Assembly (NCBI GenBank): GCA_038235705.1
Contig: JBBSTR010000003.1
Location: 10,650 to 74,649 of the forward strand
Direction of reading: 5' to 3'
Source of the DNA: Mycobacteriales bacterium
GTDB lineage: Bacteria; Actinomycetota; Actinomycetes; Mycobacteriales; SCTD01
DNA: 64,000 nt
Of this stretch, positions 1 through 9,083 are shown one piece after another. The position numbers and the translations under genes were made by a program. The notes under the pieces were generated by a model. It was not told where the DNA came from. It did not search any database and saw nothing but the letters and a program-made list of their open reading frames with translations. Within the stretch, counting starts at the first letter, position 1. Each line of letters opens with the position of its first letter.

Positions 1-2
1 TG

Positions 3-1787
3 TCTGCCCTGAAGGGCACCATCGACCACGTCGTGCACCTGGCCGCGCTCTACGACATGACCGGCAGCGACGCCGACAACGAGGACCTCAACATCGGCGG
101 CACCCAGCGGGTGCTCGAGGTCGCGTCCCGCATCCACGCCGGGCTGTTCCACCACGTCAGCTCGATCGCGGTCGCCGGTGAGCACCGCGGCACGTTCCAC
201 GAGGGGATGTTCGACGAGGGACAGCACCTGCCCTCGGCCTACCACCGCACCAAGTTTGAGGCGGAGAAGCTCGTGCGGAGCCAGCCCGACGTGCCGTGGC
301 GGGTCTACCGCCCGACGATCGTGGTCGGCGACTCCCGGACCGGCCAGATCGACAAGGCCGACGGGCCCTACTACTTCCTGCCGCTCATGACCAGCATCGG
401 CGACCTGCCGGGGGCCGGGCGCGTGCCGCTGATGCTGCCCGACCTCGGGGACACCAACGTCGTACCGGTCGACTACGTGGTCGACGGCATGGACGCGATC
501 ATGCACGCCCCGGGTCTGGACGGGCAGGCGTTCCACCTCGGCCACGGTCGGCCGCAGCCGCTGCTCGAGGTCTACAACGCGCTCGCCCGTGCGACCGACG
601 CGCCGCAGGCCCAGATGACGCTTCCAGGCGGGCTCCTGGGGCCGGTCAAGCAGGCTGCCGGTCTGCTGGGGAAGATCCCCGGCCTCACCCCGGTGACCGA
701 GGTGGTGCTGACGAGGCTCGGCATCCCGCCGCAGGTGATCCCGCACAGCACGTTCACCCCGGTGTTCTCCACCCATCGGACCCGCTCTGTGCTGGGTCCC
801 CTCGGGATCCTCGCCCCGCCGGAGTTCGACACCTACGCACAGACGCTCGTCGACTACTGGTGCGCCAACCTCGACCCGCTGCGGGCCCGTCGTCGCAGGG
901 AGGGCCTGCCGTTGGCCGGACGCACGGTCGTCGTCACCGGCGCCTCGTCCGGGATCGGACGCGAGACCGCTCTGCTCATCGCCGAGCGCGGCGGCACCCC
1001 TTTGCTGCTCGCCCGGCGCACCGAGGAGCTGGAGAAGGTCAAGGTCGAGATCGAGGCGATCGGTGGCACGGCCGCGGTCTACTCCGTCGACCTCACCAGC
1101 AACGAGTCGATCGACGCCTGCGTGAAGCAGATGCTCGCCGACCACGACGGCATCGACATGCTCGTCAACAACGCCGGCCGGTCCATCCGGCGGTCGATCC
1201 AGCTGTCCTACGACCGGTTCCACGACTACGAGCGCACGATGGCGATCAACTACTTCGCGCCCGTGCGCCTGATCCTCGCCCTCATGCCGCAGATGATCTC
1301 GCGGCGCTTCGGCCACATCGTCAACGTCTCCTCCATCGGCGTCCAGACCAACGTGCCGCGCTTCTCGGCGTACGTGGCGAGCAAGGCCGCCCTCGACGCG
1401 TTCTCGCGCGTGGCCGCCACCGAGGTGATCGGCGAAGGGGTGACGTTCACCAACGTGCACATGCCGCTGGTGCGCACGCCGATGATCGCGCCGACCAAGA
1501 TGTACGACAAGTTCCCGACCCTGTCGCCGCGGGAGGCCGCCGAGATGATCGTCGGCGCGCTGGAGCACCAGCCCAAGCACGTCGGCACCAAGCTCGGCAC
1601 CACCGCTGTCGTGGCCTACGCGCTCGCACCGAAGGTGGTGGACGCCGTGCTGCACGTGGCCTACCAGATGTTCCCGGACTCGACCGCTGCGACCGGTGGT
1701 GACCTCGCCAAGCGCACCTCGCCGCCCGAGGCGCTGTCCCGCGGCGCCGTGGTCATGAGCCGCCTGCTGCCGGGCGTCCACTGGTGA
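3..1787 (+). CDS. Acyl-CoA/thioester reductase domain fused to a C-terminal short-chain dehydrogenase (AcrA1-like); 5' end cut by window edge
   Basis: Frame is open from nt 3 (SALKGTIDHVVHLAALYDM...), so no true start lies in the window. The C-terminal half has SDR motifs VVVTGASSGIG and YVASK (YxxxK). Stop at 1785-1787. Confidence 0.8.
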   Translation, partial: SALKGTIDHVVHLAALYDMTGSDADNEDLNIGGTQRVLEVASRIHAGLFHHVSSIAVAGEHRGTFHEGMFDEGQHLPSAYHRTKFEAEKLVRSQPDVPWRVYRPTIVVGDSRTGQIDKADGPYYFLPLMTSIGDLPGAGRVPLMLPDLGDTNVVPVDYVVDGMDAIMHAPGLDGQAFHLGHGRPQPLLEVYNALARATDAPQAQMTLPGGLLGPVKQAAGLLGKIPGLTPVTEVVLTRLGIPPQVIPHSTFTPVFSTHRTRSVLGPLGILAPPEFDTYAQTLVDYWCANLDPLRARRRREGLPLAGRTVVVTGASSGIGRETALLIAERGGTPLLLARRTEELEKVKVEIEAIGGTAAVYSVDLTSNESIDACVKQMLADHDGIDMLVNNAGRSIRRSIQLSYDRFHDYERTMAINYFAPVRLILALMPQMISRRFGHIVNVSSIGVQTNVPRFSAYVASKAALDAFSRVAATEVIGEGVTFTNVHMPLVRTPMIAPTKMYDKFPTLSPREAAEMIVGALEHQPKHVGTKLGTTAVVAYALAPKVVDAVLHVAYQMFPDSTAATGGDLAKRTSPPEALSRGAVVMSRLLPGVHW

Positions 1788-1839
1788 TCCGGGCAGGGCG
1801 CGGCGCGACGCCGCTCGGCGACCGCCTGACCAGGCAGGT

Positions 1840-3069
1840 CTAGCGGCGCTCGACCGACATGGTGAAGCCGGCGATCCTGAGCCGGCGCTCCAGCGCCTCG
1901 CCCATCGCGCTGGCCGGGGTGAGCACGCCGCCACCACCGGGCAGGTCGTCCAGGGCCAGCGACAGGACGCTCTGGCCCAGCATGACGGCGGTCGCCGCGT
2001 AGCCGGGGTCCCCCTTGGCCTTGACCGTCGAGACGTACGTCGCGCCGGAGGTGGTGCGGGCGTGGACCTCGACGTGGAAGCTGCCGTTCTGCTGCTGCTT
2101 CTGCGACGGGCCCTCGCCCGGCTTGGGCAGGACGCGGTCGAGCACGAAGCGGGTCGGCGGGAGCGCCATGCCCGCGGCCATCAGCCCGACGCCGCCGGCC
2201 ACGGCGCCGGCGAACAACGGGGCGGCCGGGGAGGTGCCCACCCCCTGCACCTCGCGGTAGCGGAAGCCCTTGCCGTACGCGTAGCCGAGCAGCGCATTGC
2301 TACGCCGCACGATCCGCGTGTTGTAGGTCGCCATGACGAACGGCGCCACCCAGCGCTTCAGGAGCGGGTCGCGGCCGGGCAGGAAGCTGTCGGACGACCC
2401 CTCCGGCTCCAGGTCGCGATCGGGGCTCAGCGCGTACGGGTCGGTCACGATCTTGCGCTTGGCCGAGTCCGCCGTCATCTCGACCACCTGGTTGCGGACC
2501 GAGTCGATCGTCCCGCCGCTGACCCCGCCGCGTGCCGACAGCAGCACGTACACGGTCTCGGTCAGCTCCCCGGCGTCGTCCGCGGCGGCCCGCTCGTACG
2601 CCATGTGCACCCCGAGGTCGGACGGCACCGAGTCGAAGCCGCACGAGTGCACGATCCGCGCTCCGGAGGTCCGTGCCGCGTCGTGGCACTCGTCGGCGCT
2701 CTCCCGGACGAAGAGCACCTCGCCGGTCAGGTCGGCGTAGTGCGTCCCGGCGGCGGCGCAGGCGCGAACCAGCGGCAGGCCGTGCCGGGCGTAAGGCCCG
2801 ACGGTGCTCGCCACGACCTTCGTCCTGCCGACGAGCGCCTGCAGCGAGGCGTCGTCGCTGCTGTCCGCGACGATCAGCGGCCAGTCCCGGGCCCTGGGCG
2901 GCAGCGTGGCGCGCACCTTCGCCAGCTTGTCGGCCGAACGCCCCGCGAGGCCGATGCGCGCGTCGTTCGGGGCGTGCTCAGCGAGGTGTCGGGCGGTCAG
3001 GGCGCCGACGAAGCCGGTGGCTCCGTAGACGACGATGTCGAGCTCGCGGTCGGTCTGCTGGTCAGCCAT
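1840..3069 (-). CDS. Saccharopine dehydrogenase family / trans-acting enoyl reductase-like protein
   Basis: 409-aa ORF with N-terminal Rossmann motif IVVYGATGFVG and strong G/C third-position bias. ATG 3069 has no SD but has TAGCGT 6 nt upstream. Confidence 0.8.
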   Translation of the reverse strand: MADQQTDRELDIVVYGATGFVGALTARHLAEHAPNDARIGLAGRSADKLAKVRATLPPRARDWPLIVADSSDDASLQALVGRTKVVASTVGPYARHGLPLVRACAAAGTHYADLTGEVLFVRESADECHDAARTSGARIVHSCGFDSVPSDLGVHMAYERAAADDAGELTETVYVLLSARGGVSGGTIDSVRNQVVEMTADSAKRKIVTDPYALSPDRDLEPEGSSDSFLPGRDPLLKRWVAPFVMATYNTRIVRRSNALLGYAYGKGFRYREVQGVGTSPAAPLFAGAVAGGVGLMAAGMALPPTRFVLDRVLPKPGEGPSQKQQQNGSFHVEVHARTTSGATYVSTVKAKGDPGYAATAVMLGQSVLSLALDDLPGGGGVLTPASAMGEALERRLRIAGFTMSVERR

Positions 3070-3075
3070 ACGCCG

Positions 3076-3081
3076 ACGCTA
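3076..3081 (-). promoter_or_regulatory. -10-like hexamer TAGCGT, 6 nt upstream of ATG 3069 (candidate leaderless promoter)
   Basis: Minus-strand reading is TTAGCGT-cggcgt-ATG. No Shine-Dalgarno. Sits in the 29-nt gap after the kinase stop. Confidence 0.4.
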
Positions 3082-3098
3082 ACGCCCGGCCGCGGCGA

Positions 3099-4661
3099 TC
3101 AGCGCGCCAGGACCCCGTCGCGGTGCTCCTGCCACCACGCGAACACTGCCGGGGAGTCGGCGTCCCGACCGATCGCCAGCAGCTGCAGGCGCTGATCGTC
3201 GTTCTGCCACAGCAGCACCGCGATGCCGTTCGTGTTCACGTAGCAGGCGATGGGGTCCTTCTTCCAGCTGCTCCGGTGTCCCGTGCCCGTGAGTGCGCGG
3301 CCACCCGCGAAGCCCCCGCACGGTGCCTCGACGGTCCGGATCGTGGGCTTCTGCCCGTTGGTCCCCACGGTGAGCCGGTCGAAGTCCTGCTGCATGTGCG
3401 CGACGGTGTCCCACTGCTTCGCCTGCAGCTGGGGGAGGCCCGCAGGCAGGCGTGCGCAGTCCAGCGCGGCCACGATGCCGGCCTGCTTCTGAACCAGGTG
3501 GGTGCACTGTCCGACAGCTGGCCCGAGCCGGGCCGCGAGCGCTGCGTCTGCCGCTGACAGCGAGCCCGCCTGCGCACCTGTCGCTGCATCTTTCACCGTC
3601 GAAGGGCTGTTGCCACCTGTCGTGATCACGACCGCCGTGAGGCCTGCAGCGGCCAGGAGCGCGGCGCCTGCCAGCCAGACGCCCTGACGACGGCGAGGTC
3701 GGGGCCGGGGCCGGGGCTGGGGCGCGGGAACCGGTCGCGGCCGTGGTTGCGGGTCGGGCTCCGGCTCCGGTTCCGGCTTGGGCACGGGGAGCGGTCGAGG
3801 CTGGGGCTGGGGCTGGGGCTGGGGCCGGGGCCGGGGTGTGCCCAGCTCGCCGAGCGCTTCCGCGAGCTCCGGCGCGGTCGCATACCGCAGCTCGGGGTCC
3901 TCCGACAGGGCCTGGCGCAGCACCCGCTCGAGACCGGGACCCAGCTCGCCGAGCTCCGCCCCGACCCGGGTCACCAGCGTCAGCGGGGTCTGCTCCGTGA
4001 GACGCCCGGCGGTGAGACACTCGACCAGGACGCACGCCAAGGAGTAGATGTCGGCGCGACGGTCCAGGCGGTGACCTCGCAGCGCCTCCGGGCTCGTACA
4101 GGCCGAGGCGCCGAGCCGGTCGTCGCGTCGGGCACTCCCAGCGGCCCGGGTGATGCCCACATCGGTGATCCAGGCGTGAAACGTCGGCTCCGTGCTGGTC
4201 AGCAGGATGTTTGCCGGCTTGACGGCGCCATGGACCAGACCTGCCTCGTGCACCGCGTGCAGCCCGGCCCCGACCTGGTGAGCCAGTCGCTGGACGGCCG
4301 AGAGAGGGAACGGCCCGGGGAGCGCCGCGTCCAGGCTCAGACCCTCCACGGCCTGCAGGACAAGGAACGGCCCCCAGGCCATGTCCCACGGGGTGTCATA
4401 GACGTGGAGGACGTTCGGGTGCCCGCCGACCCGACTCATCGCGCGACCCTCGTCGTGGAACAGCTGGGCGAGCCGGGCGTCACGGGCCAGCTCGGCGCTG
4501 AGGACCTTCACCGCGACGGGCCGCTCCAGCAGGGTGTCGAACGCGCGGTGGACGACCGCGACGTCGCCCGTGCCCAGCCGGACCCCGACGCGCCAGCGGC
4601 CGCCGAGCACGTCACCGGGCTGGAGCGACGGGCCGCCGCGTCCGGACCCTTGGGGTGTCAT
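3099..4661 (-). CDS. Membrane-anchored Ser/Thr protein kinase homologue with degenerate catalytic loop (predicted pseudokinase), Pro-rich linker, TM helix and Cys-containing ectodomain
   Basis: - Hanks motifs present: VAVKVL (Lys), DVG (DFG-like), SPE (APE-like).
- The HRD box reads LVHGAVKPANILL, so the catalytic Asp is absent.
- A (PQ)n/PRP linker is followed by hydrophobic WLAGAALLAAAGLTAVVI and a 4-Cys C-terminal domain.
- Start chosen at ATG 4661 (TACTCT-N6-ATG). Alternative starts are ATG 4709 and GTG 4721. Confidence 0.8.
   Translation of the reverse strand: MTPQGSGRGGPSLQPGDVLGGRWRVGVRLGTGDVAVVHRAFDTLLERPVAVKVLSAELARDARLAQLFHDEGRAMSRVGGHPNVLHVYDTPWDMAWGPFLVLQAVEGLSLDAALPGPFPLSAVQRLAHQVGAGLHAVHEAGLVHGAVKPANILLTSTEPTFHAWITDVGITRAAGSARRDDRLGASACTSPEALRGHRLDRRADIYSLACVLVECLTAGRLTEQTPLTLVTRVGAELGELGPGLERVLRQALSEDPELRYATAPELAEALGELGTPRPRPQPQPQPQPRPLPVPKPEPEPEPDPQPRPRPVPAPQPRPRPRPRRRQGVWLAGAALLAAAGLTAVVITTGGNSPSTVKDAATGAQAGSLSAADAALAARLGPAVGQCTHLVQKQAGIVAALDCARLPAGLPQLQAKQWDTVAHMQQDFDRLTVGTNGQKPTIRTVEAPCGGFAGGRALTGTGHRSSWKKDPIACYVNTNGIAVLLWQNDDQRLQLLAIGRDADSPAVFAWWQEHRDGVLAR
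3699..3836. repeat. Hexanucleotide microsatellite-like tract (CTGGGG/CCGGGG units) encoding the kinase Pro-rich linker
   Basis: The tract ctggggctggggctggggctggggccggggccgggg at 3801-3836 and a similar tract at 3701-3722 translate on the minus strand to PQPQPQPQPRP. Confidence 0.7.
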
Positions 4662-4667
4662 GGCGGC

Positions 4668-4673
4668 AGAGTA
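4668..4673 (-). promoter_or_regulatory. -10-like hexamer TACTCT, 6 nt upstream of ATG 4661 (candidate leaderless promoter of kinase homologue)
   Basis: Minus-strand reading is TACTCT-gccgcc-ATG. No SD present. Confidence 0.3.
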
Positions 4674-4701
4674 GAGCCCTGTCTGTTGCTCTGGAGCCGC
4701 T

Positions 4702-5514
4702 TTGCGCATCGATCTGCACACTCACTCGACCGCCTCCGACGGCACGACGCCGCCCGCGAGGTTGATGAGCTTGGCTCGTGCGGAGGGGCTGGACGTCATC
4801 GCGCTGACCGACCACGACACGGTCTCGGGTCTGCGTGAAGCGCGCGCGGCGCTGCCCGACGGACTCACGCTGGTGCCCGGCGCCGAGCTGAGCTGCCGGG
4901 CCGACGGGGTGAGCCTGCACCTGCTCGCCTACCGGTTCGACGAGGCCGAGCCGGTGCTCGTCACCGCCTTGCAGCGACTGCGCGAGAGTCGGGCGGGGCG
5001 TGCGGAGGCGATGGCGCGCTCGTTGGAGGCAGCCGGCACGGGCGTGACGTGGGCGCAGGTGCAGTCGCTGGCGCAGGGGACGGTCGGGCGCCCCCACCTG
5101 GCCCGGGCCCTGGTCGAACGGGGCCTCGTGCCGACGCTCGCGGACGCGTTCACAGCGGAGTGGATCGGCACCGGCGGGCGGCACTGGGTCGACAAGGCGG
5201 AGCTCGACGTCTTCGAGGCGATCGCGCTGGTCCGCGCCGCCGGTGGCGTGAGCGTGTTCGCGCACCCGGGCGCAGACGCTCGTGGGGAGACCGTCCCGGA
5301 CACGACCGTCGTCGCGATGGCGGACGCCGGGCTCGCCGGCCTCGAGGTCGACCATGTCGACCACCCGCCCGCGACCCGCGAGCACCTGCGGACTCTCGCC
5401 CGCCGGATCGGGCTCGTGGTCACCGGCAGCAGCGACTTCCACGGCGACAACAAGGCGGTCCGGCTGGGCGAGAGCACGACGTCCCGCGACGAGTACGAGG
5501 CCCTGCTCGGCTGA
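4702..5514 (+). CDS. PHP-domain metal-dependent phosphoesterase (TrpH/YciV-like)
   Basis: N-terminus (M)RIDLHTHSTASDG is the PHP signature. TTG start at 4702. 270 aa. Confidence 0.85.
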   Translation: MRIDLHTHSTASDGTTPPARLMSLARAEGLDVIALTDHDTVSGLREARAALPDGLTLVPGAELSCRADGVSLHLLAYRFDEAEPVLVTALQRLRESRAGRAEAMARSLEAAGTGVTWAQVQSLAQGTVGRPHLARALVERGLVPTLADAFTAEWIGTGGRHWVDKAELDVFEAIALVRAAGGVSVFAHPGADARGETVPDTTVVAMADAGLAGLEVDHVDHPPATREHLRTLARRIGLVVTGSSDFHGDNKAVRLGESTTSRDEYEALLG

Positions 5515-5531
5515 CGCCCGCAGGAGCGGGC

Positions 5532-6071
5532 TCAGAGGCCGGGCAGGCCGTCCACCGACAGAGCGTTCTTCTGCTCCCGGTAGGCGCGTAGCCCCTCCGG
5601 ACCCTTCTTCGCCGCGGTCTGCGCGAGGATCTCGCGGTCAGACTCGTGCCGCATGACCGGGACCCCGTAGCCGCACGAGTCGCTGACCCGCTGGACGTCC
5701 ACGACGACCCCCGCCCGTGTGCTCGGGTTGTCCGGGTGGCGCTGTACGAGGTCGTCGAAGTCCTCGGTGCCCGGCCGCACGACCCGGCCCGTGCCGTGCA
5801 GGCGGACGACCCGGGGCTTGCCGGTGAAGGCGTTCCACATCAGGCACAACCGGCCGTTCTCGCGCAGGTGCGCAATCGTCTCGACGCCGCTGCCGGTGAG
5901 GTCGACCCACCCCACGCGGTGCGGCCCGAGCACCGAGAACGTGTCGTGCCCGCGAGGGCTCACGTTGACGTGCCCGTCGGCGGCGAGCGGGGCGGTCGCG
6001 ACGAAGAACATCGGCTGCGCCGCGAGCCAGGCGGTGAGCTCGTCATCGATGCCGTCGTACGTCTTTCCCAT
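5532..6071 (-). CDS. Pyridoxamine 5'-phosphate oxidase family protein
   Basis: The track ORF 5532..6290 is trimmed to ATG 6071 (MGKTYDGIDDELTAWLAAQPMFFVATAP...). The upstream part of that ORF is only the alternate-frame reading of the GH15 27-bp repeat. Confidence 0.75.
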   Translation of the reverse strand: MGKTYDGIDDELTAWLAAQPMFFVATAPLAADGHVNVSPRGHDTFSVLGPHRVGWVDLTGSGVETIAHLRENGRLCLMWNAFTGKPRVVRLHGTGRVVRPGTEDFDDLVQRHPDNPSTRAGVVVDVQRVSDSCGYGVPVMRHESDREILAQTAAKKGPEGLRAYREQKNALSVDGLPGL

Positions 6072-6082
6072 GCGGACCGATG

Positions 6083-7954
6083 TTAGGGCGGCGGGGTGTG
6101 ACTGCTGTCTGAGGGCGGCGGGGTGTTGCTGTTGTCTGAGGGCGGCGGGGTGTTGCTGTTGTCTGAGGGCGGCGGGGTGTCGCTGCGCCGCAGGACGCTC
6201 TCGTGCACGGTGACGGCGCTGGCGACCAGCGCGAAGTGGCTGAACGCCTGCGGGGTGTTGCCCAGGTGCCGTCCGGCGGTGGGGTCCCACTCCTCGCTGA
6301 GCAGCCCGACGTCGTTGCGGAGATCGAGCAACCGGTCGTAGAGGGTGCGGGCCTGCTCGTGCCGACCGATCCCGACGAGCGCGTCGACCAGCCAGAACGA
6401 GCAGGCGACGAACACGCCCTCCTGGCCGGTGAGCCCGTCGTCGCCGTCATGGGTGTCGTAGCGGAGCACGAAGCCGTCGCCCCGGCCCAGGTGGGACTGC
6501 ACGGCCTCCACGGTGCCGACGACGCGCGGGTCGTCGGGAGGCAGGAAGCCGACTCGGGGCAGCAGGAGCAGGGCTGCGTCCAGGTCCTTGCTGCCGTACG
6601 CCTGGGTGAAGGTGTTACGACTCGGGTCAAAGCCTTTGTCGCAGACCTGCGCATGGATGGTGTCCCGCAGGTCGGCCCACCGTCCGCGGGGTCCGGGCAG
6701 GTCGAACCGCTCAGCCGCTCGCGACATGCGGTCCGCGGCGACCCACGCCATCACCTTGGAGTGCACGAAGTGCTGCGTCGGGCCCCGCATCTCCCAGAGC
6801 CCGTTGTCCTTGTCCTGCCAGGCGCCTTCAAGGTGCTCCATGAGCGCCGACTGCAGCGACCAGGCGTCGTCGCTGCTCGACAGCGCGGCGTTGCGGGTGA
6901 GGGCGAGCGCGTCGAGGGTCTCGCCGTACACGTCGAGCTGGATCTGCTCGCTCGCCGCGTTGCCGGTGCGCACGGGCTTGGACCCTTCGTAGCCGCTCAG
7001 CCAAGGCAGCTCACCCTCGGGCAGCCAGCGGCGGCCGTCGATCCCGTACATGATCTGCAGCGTCGAGGGGTCGCCGGCGACCGCTCGCAGGAGCCACTCC
7101 CGCCAGGCGACGGCCTCCTCGGTGTAGCCGGCGGCCAGCAGCGCCTGCAGCGTCATGCCGGCGTCGCGCAGCCAGCAGAACCGGTAGTCCCAGTTGCGCT
7201 CTCCACCGATCGACTCCGGGAGCGACGTGGTGGCGGCGGCGACGAGGCCGCCGGTCGGGGCGTACGTCAGTGCCTTCAACGTGATCAGCGACCGGTGCGC
7301 GTCCTTGCGGACCGGCCCGGGCAGGGTGCACCGCTCCGACCACTCATGCCAGAAGTCCACGGTGTCGGTCATGGCCTGCTCGGCGTCCACCGGCTCCGGT
7401 TCAGGCTCGTTGCTGGGTGACCAGGTGAGCACGAACGGGACGCGCTCACCGGGACGGACCGTCACCTCGCCGACCGTGGCCCAGTCCTGCCCGTGCATCG
7501 GGACGGGGCTCGACAGGCGGACCCGGTCGGGACCGGCGACCGCGCTCGTCCCGGCGTCCTCGTGCTCCACCCATGGCCTGATGCGGCCGTGACCGAACCG
7601 CAGGCGCAGCTCGCTGCGGACGGGTACGGCCCCGCTCACACCCTCGACGATGCGCACGACGTCCGGCTGAGTACCGCGCGGGGGCATCAGGTCCAGCACC
7701 CGCACCTCCCCGTCCGGCGTGCGCCAGGTGGTCTCCAGCACGAGCGTCTCGGGCAGGTAGCGGCGGGAGGTGCAGGTGCCGCCGGCGCTCGGCGCCACCC
7801 GCCAGTGCCCGTTGTCGGCCTCCCCGACCAGGGCGGCGAAACAGGCGGGCGAGTCGAAGCGGGGCAGGCACATCCAGTCGATCGAGCCGGTGCGGTCGAC
7901 GAGCGCCGCGGTCTGCAGGTCCCCGATCATCGCGTAGTCCTCGATCAGGCTCAC
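6083..7954 (-). CDS. Glycoside hydrolase family 15 protein (glucoamylase/trehalase-like) with repetitive Pro-rich C-terminal tail
   Basis: N-terminus SLIEDYAMIGDLQTAALVDRTGSIDWMCLPRFDSP is typical of GH15. The GTG start 7954 overlaps the upstream GDH stop (GTGA). The tail reads SDTPPPSDNSNTPPPSDNSNTPPPSDSSHTPPP. Confidence 0.85.
   Translation of the reverse strand: MSLIEDYAMIGDLQTAALVDRTGSIDWMCLPRFDSPACFAALVGEADNGHWRVAPSAGGTCTSRRYLPETLVLETTWRTPDGEVRVLDLMPPRGTQPDVVRIVEGVSGAVPVRSELRLRFGHGRIRPWVEHEDAGTSAVAGPDRVRLSSPVPMHGQDWATVGEVTVRPGERVPFVLTWSPSNEPEPEPVDAEQAMTDTVDFWHEWSERCTLPGPVRKDAHRSLITLKALTYAPTGGLVAAATTSLPESIGGERNWDYRFCWLRDAGMTLQALLAAGYTEEAVAWREWLLRAVAGDPSTLQIMYGIDGRRWLPEGELPWLSGYEGSKPVRTGNAASEQIQLDVYGETLDALALTRNAALSSSDDAWSLQSALMEHLEGAWQDKDNGLWEMRGPTQHFVHSKVMAWVAADRMSRAAERFDLPGPRGRWADLRDTIHAQVCDKGFDPSRNTFTQAYGSKDLDAALLLLPRVGFLPPDDPRVVGTVEAVQSHLGRGDGFVLRYDTHDGDDGLTGQEGVFVACSFWLVDALVGIGRHEQARTLYDRLLDLRNDVGLLSEEWDPTAGRHLGNTPQAFSHFALVASAVTVHESVLRRSDTPPPSDNSNTPPPSDNSNTPPPSDSSHTPPP
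6086..6186. repeat. 27-bp tandem repeat, about 3.7 units, at the 3' end of the GH15 gene
   Basis: Units lie at 6086-6112, 6113-6139 and 6140-6166, with a degenerate fourth unit. The second and third units are identical (gggcggcggggtgttgctgttgtctga). Confidence 0.9.
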
Positions 7955-8994
7955 GTCTCGAGCTCCACGACGACCTTCACGTCGGAGTCCAGGGCTGCGA
8001 AGGCTTCACCCGAGGCCTGCTCGAGCGGCACCCGTCGGGTGATCAGGGCGGCGAGCCAGTCCTGGTCGGCGGCAGACAGCGCGTCCACGGCGTCGACGTA
8101 GTGCCGCCGGGCCGCGTTGACGCTCCCGAAGACGACCCGGTTGCCGAAGACCATCGACCGGTTGAAGGCGTCGATGTCGACGGGCGTGGTCTTCCCGGGC
8201 GCAGAGACCCCGGCCAGGCAGCAGATCCCGTCCGGTCGGGTCCCGGTCATCGCGGCCAGCGTCACCGAGGAGACCCCGGTGCCTTCCAGGATGACGTCCG
8301 GGACCAGGCCCGAGTCGGGCAGGCTCTCGGAGTGGTACGTCGCGCCGAGCCGGGCCACCAGGTCTGGCTTCGGGCCGCTGGTGACGATGTCGAAGACGTG
8401 GACCTCCAGGCCCCGTTGCCTGGCGAGCATGGCAGCCAGCAGCCCGACCGGGCCGGCGCCGGTGACGGCTGCGACCGCCCGCGGGATGTTGGACCGCGCA
8501 GCAATCCGGTCCACCTGCTCCCACGCCTTGGCGACCACGGTGGTGGGCTCGAGCAGCACGCCCACGCCACGCAGCGACTCGGGCACGGCGACCAGCGACT
8601 CGGGATCGGCCCGCCAGCGCTCACGGCCGAAGCCGTGCCGGCCCTTGATCCCGTGCTCGGTGTAGCGATCGTTCTGGCACAGGTCCCAGTCACCCCGGGC
8701 ACAGGCGGGGCAGGGGACCGGGTCGGGACGGCGGACGAAAGCGATCACCAGCTCTCCGTCCTCGATCCCGCCGGCGCCGCTCAGCACCCGGCCGAGGTTC
8801 TCGTGACCGATCACGAGGCGGTCGCTGCCTTCCGGTGCCTCGCCCTCCTGGGCGGCGACGATGTTACGGTCGGTGCCGCACAGCCCGAGCTCGAGACCCT
8901 GCACGAGGACGCTGCCCTCGCTCTCCTCGGGTTCGGGCCAGTCCTGCACCTCCAGGCTGTTCTTCGTACCGGGCAGGACGGTGAGGGCTCGCAT
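7951..8994 (-). CDS. Zn-dependent medium-chain dehydrogenase, glucose 1-dehydrogenase-like
   Basis: MRALTVLPG... with GLCGTD, GHENLG and a structural-Zn Cys cluster CPACARGDWDLC. Start taken at ATG 8994 (the track ORF starts at 9030). Confidence 0.75.
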   Translation of the reverse strand: MRALTVLPGTKNSLEVQDWPEPEESEGSVLVQGLELGLCGTDRNIVAAQEGEAPEGSDRLVIGHENLGRVLSGAGGIEDGELVIAFVRRPDPVPCPACARGDWDLCQNDRYTEHGIKGRHGFGRERWRADPESLVAVPESLRGVGVLLEPTTVVAKAWEQVDRIAARSNIPRAVAAVTGAGPVGLLAAMLARQRGLEVHVFDIVTSGPKPDLVARLGATYHSESLPDSGLVPDVILEGTGVSSVTLAAMTGTRPDGICCLAGVSAPGKTTPVDIDAFNRSMVFGNRVVFGSVNAARRHYVDAVDALSAADQDWLAALITRRVPLEQASGEAFAALDSDVKVVVELET

Positions 8995-9083
8995 AGGTCC
9001 AGTCGTCCCCGGTGGCGGGGTCGGGCACACGCCGGCGGGTTCGCCAGCTGCGGCGGGGCCCTGGACCTACGGTTGGTCTGACC

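Noticed and set aside
6072-6290. N-terminal extension of the PNPOx ORF with QHPAALRQQ repeats
   Set aside because: It is simply the alternative-frame reading of the 27-bp repeat that forms the GH15 C-terminus. The family-typical N-terminus begins at ATG 6071.
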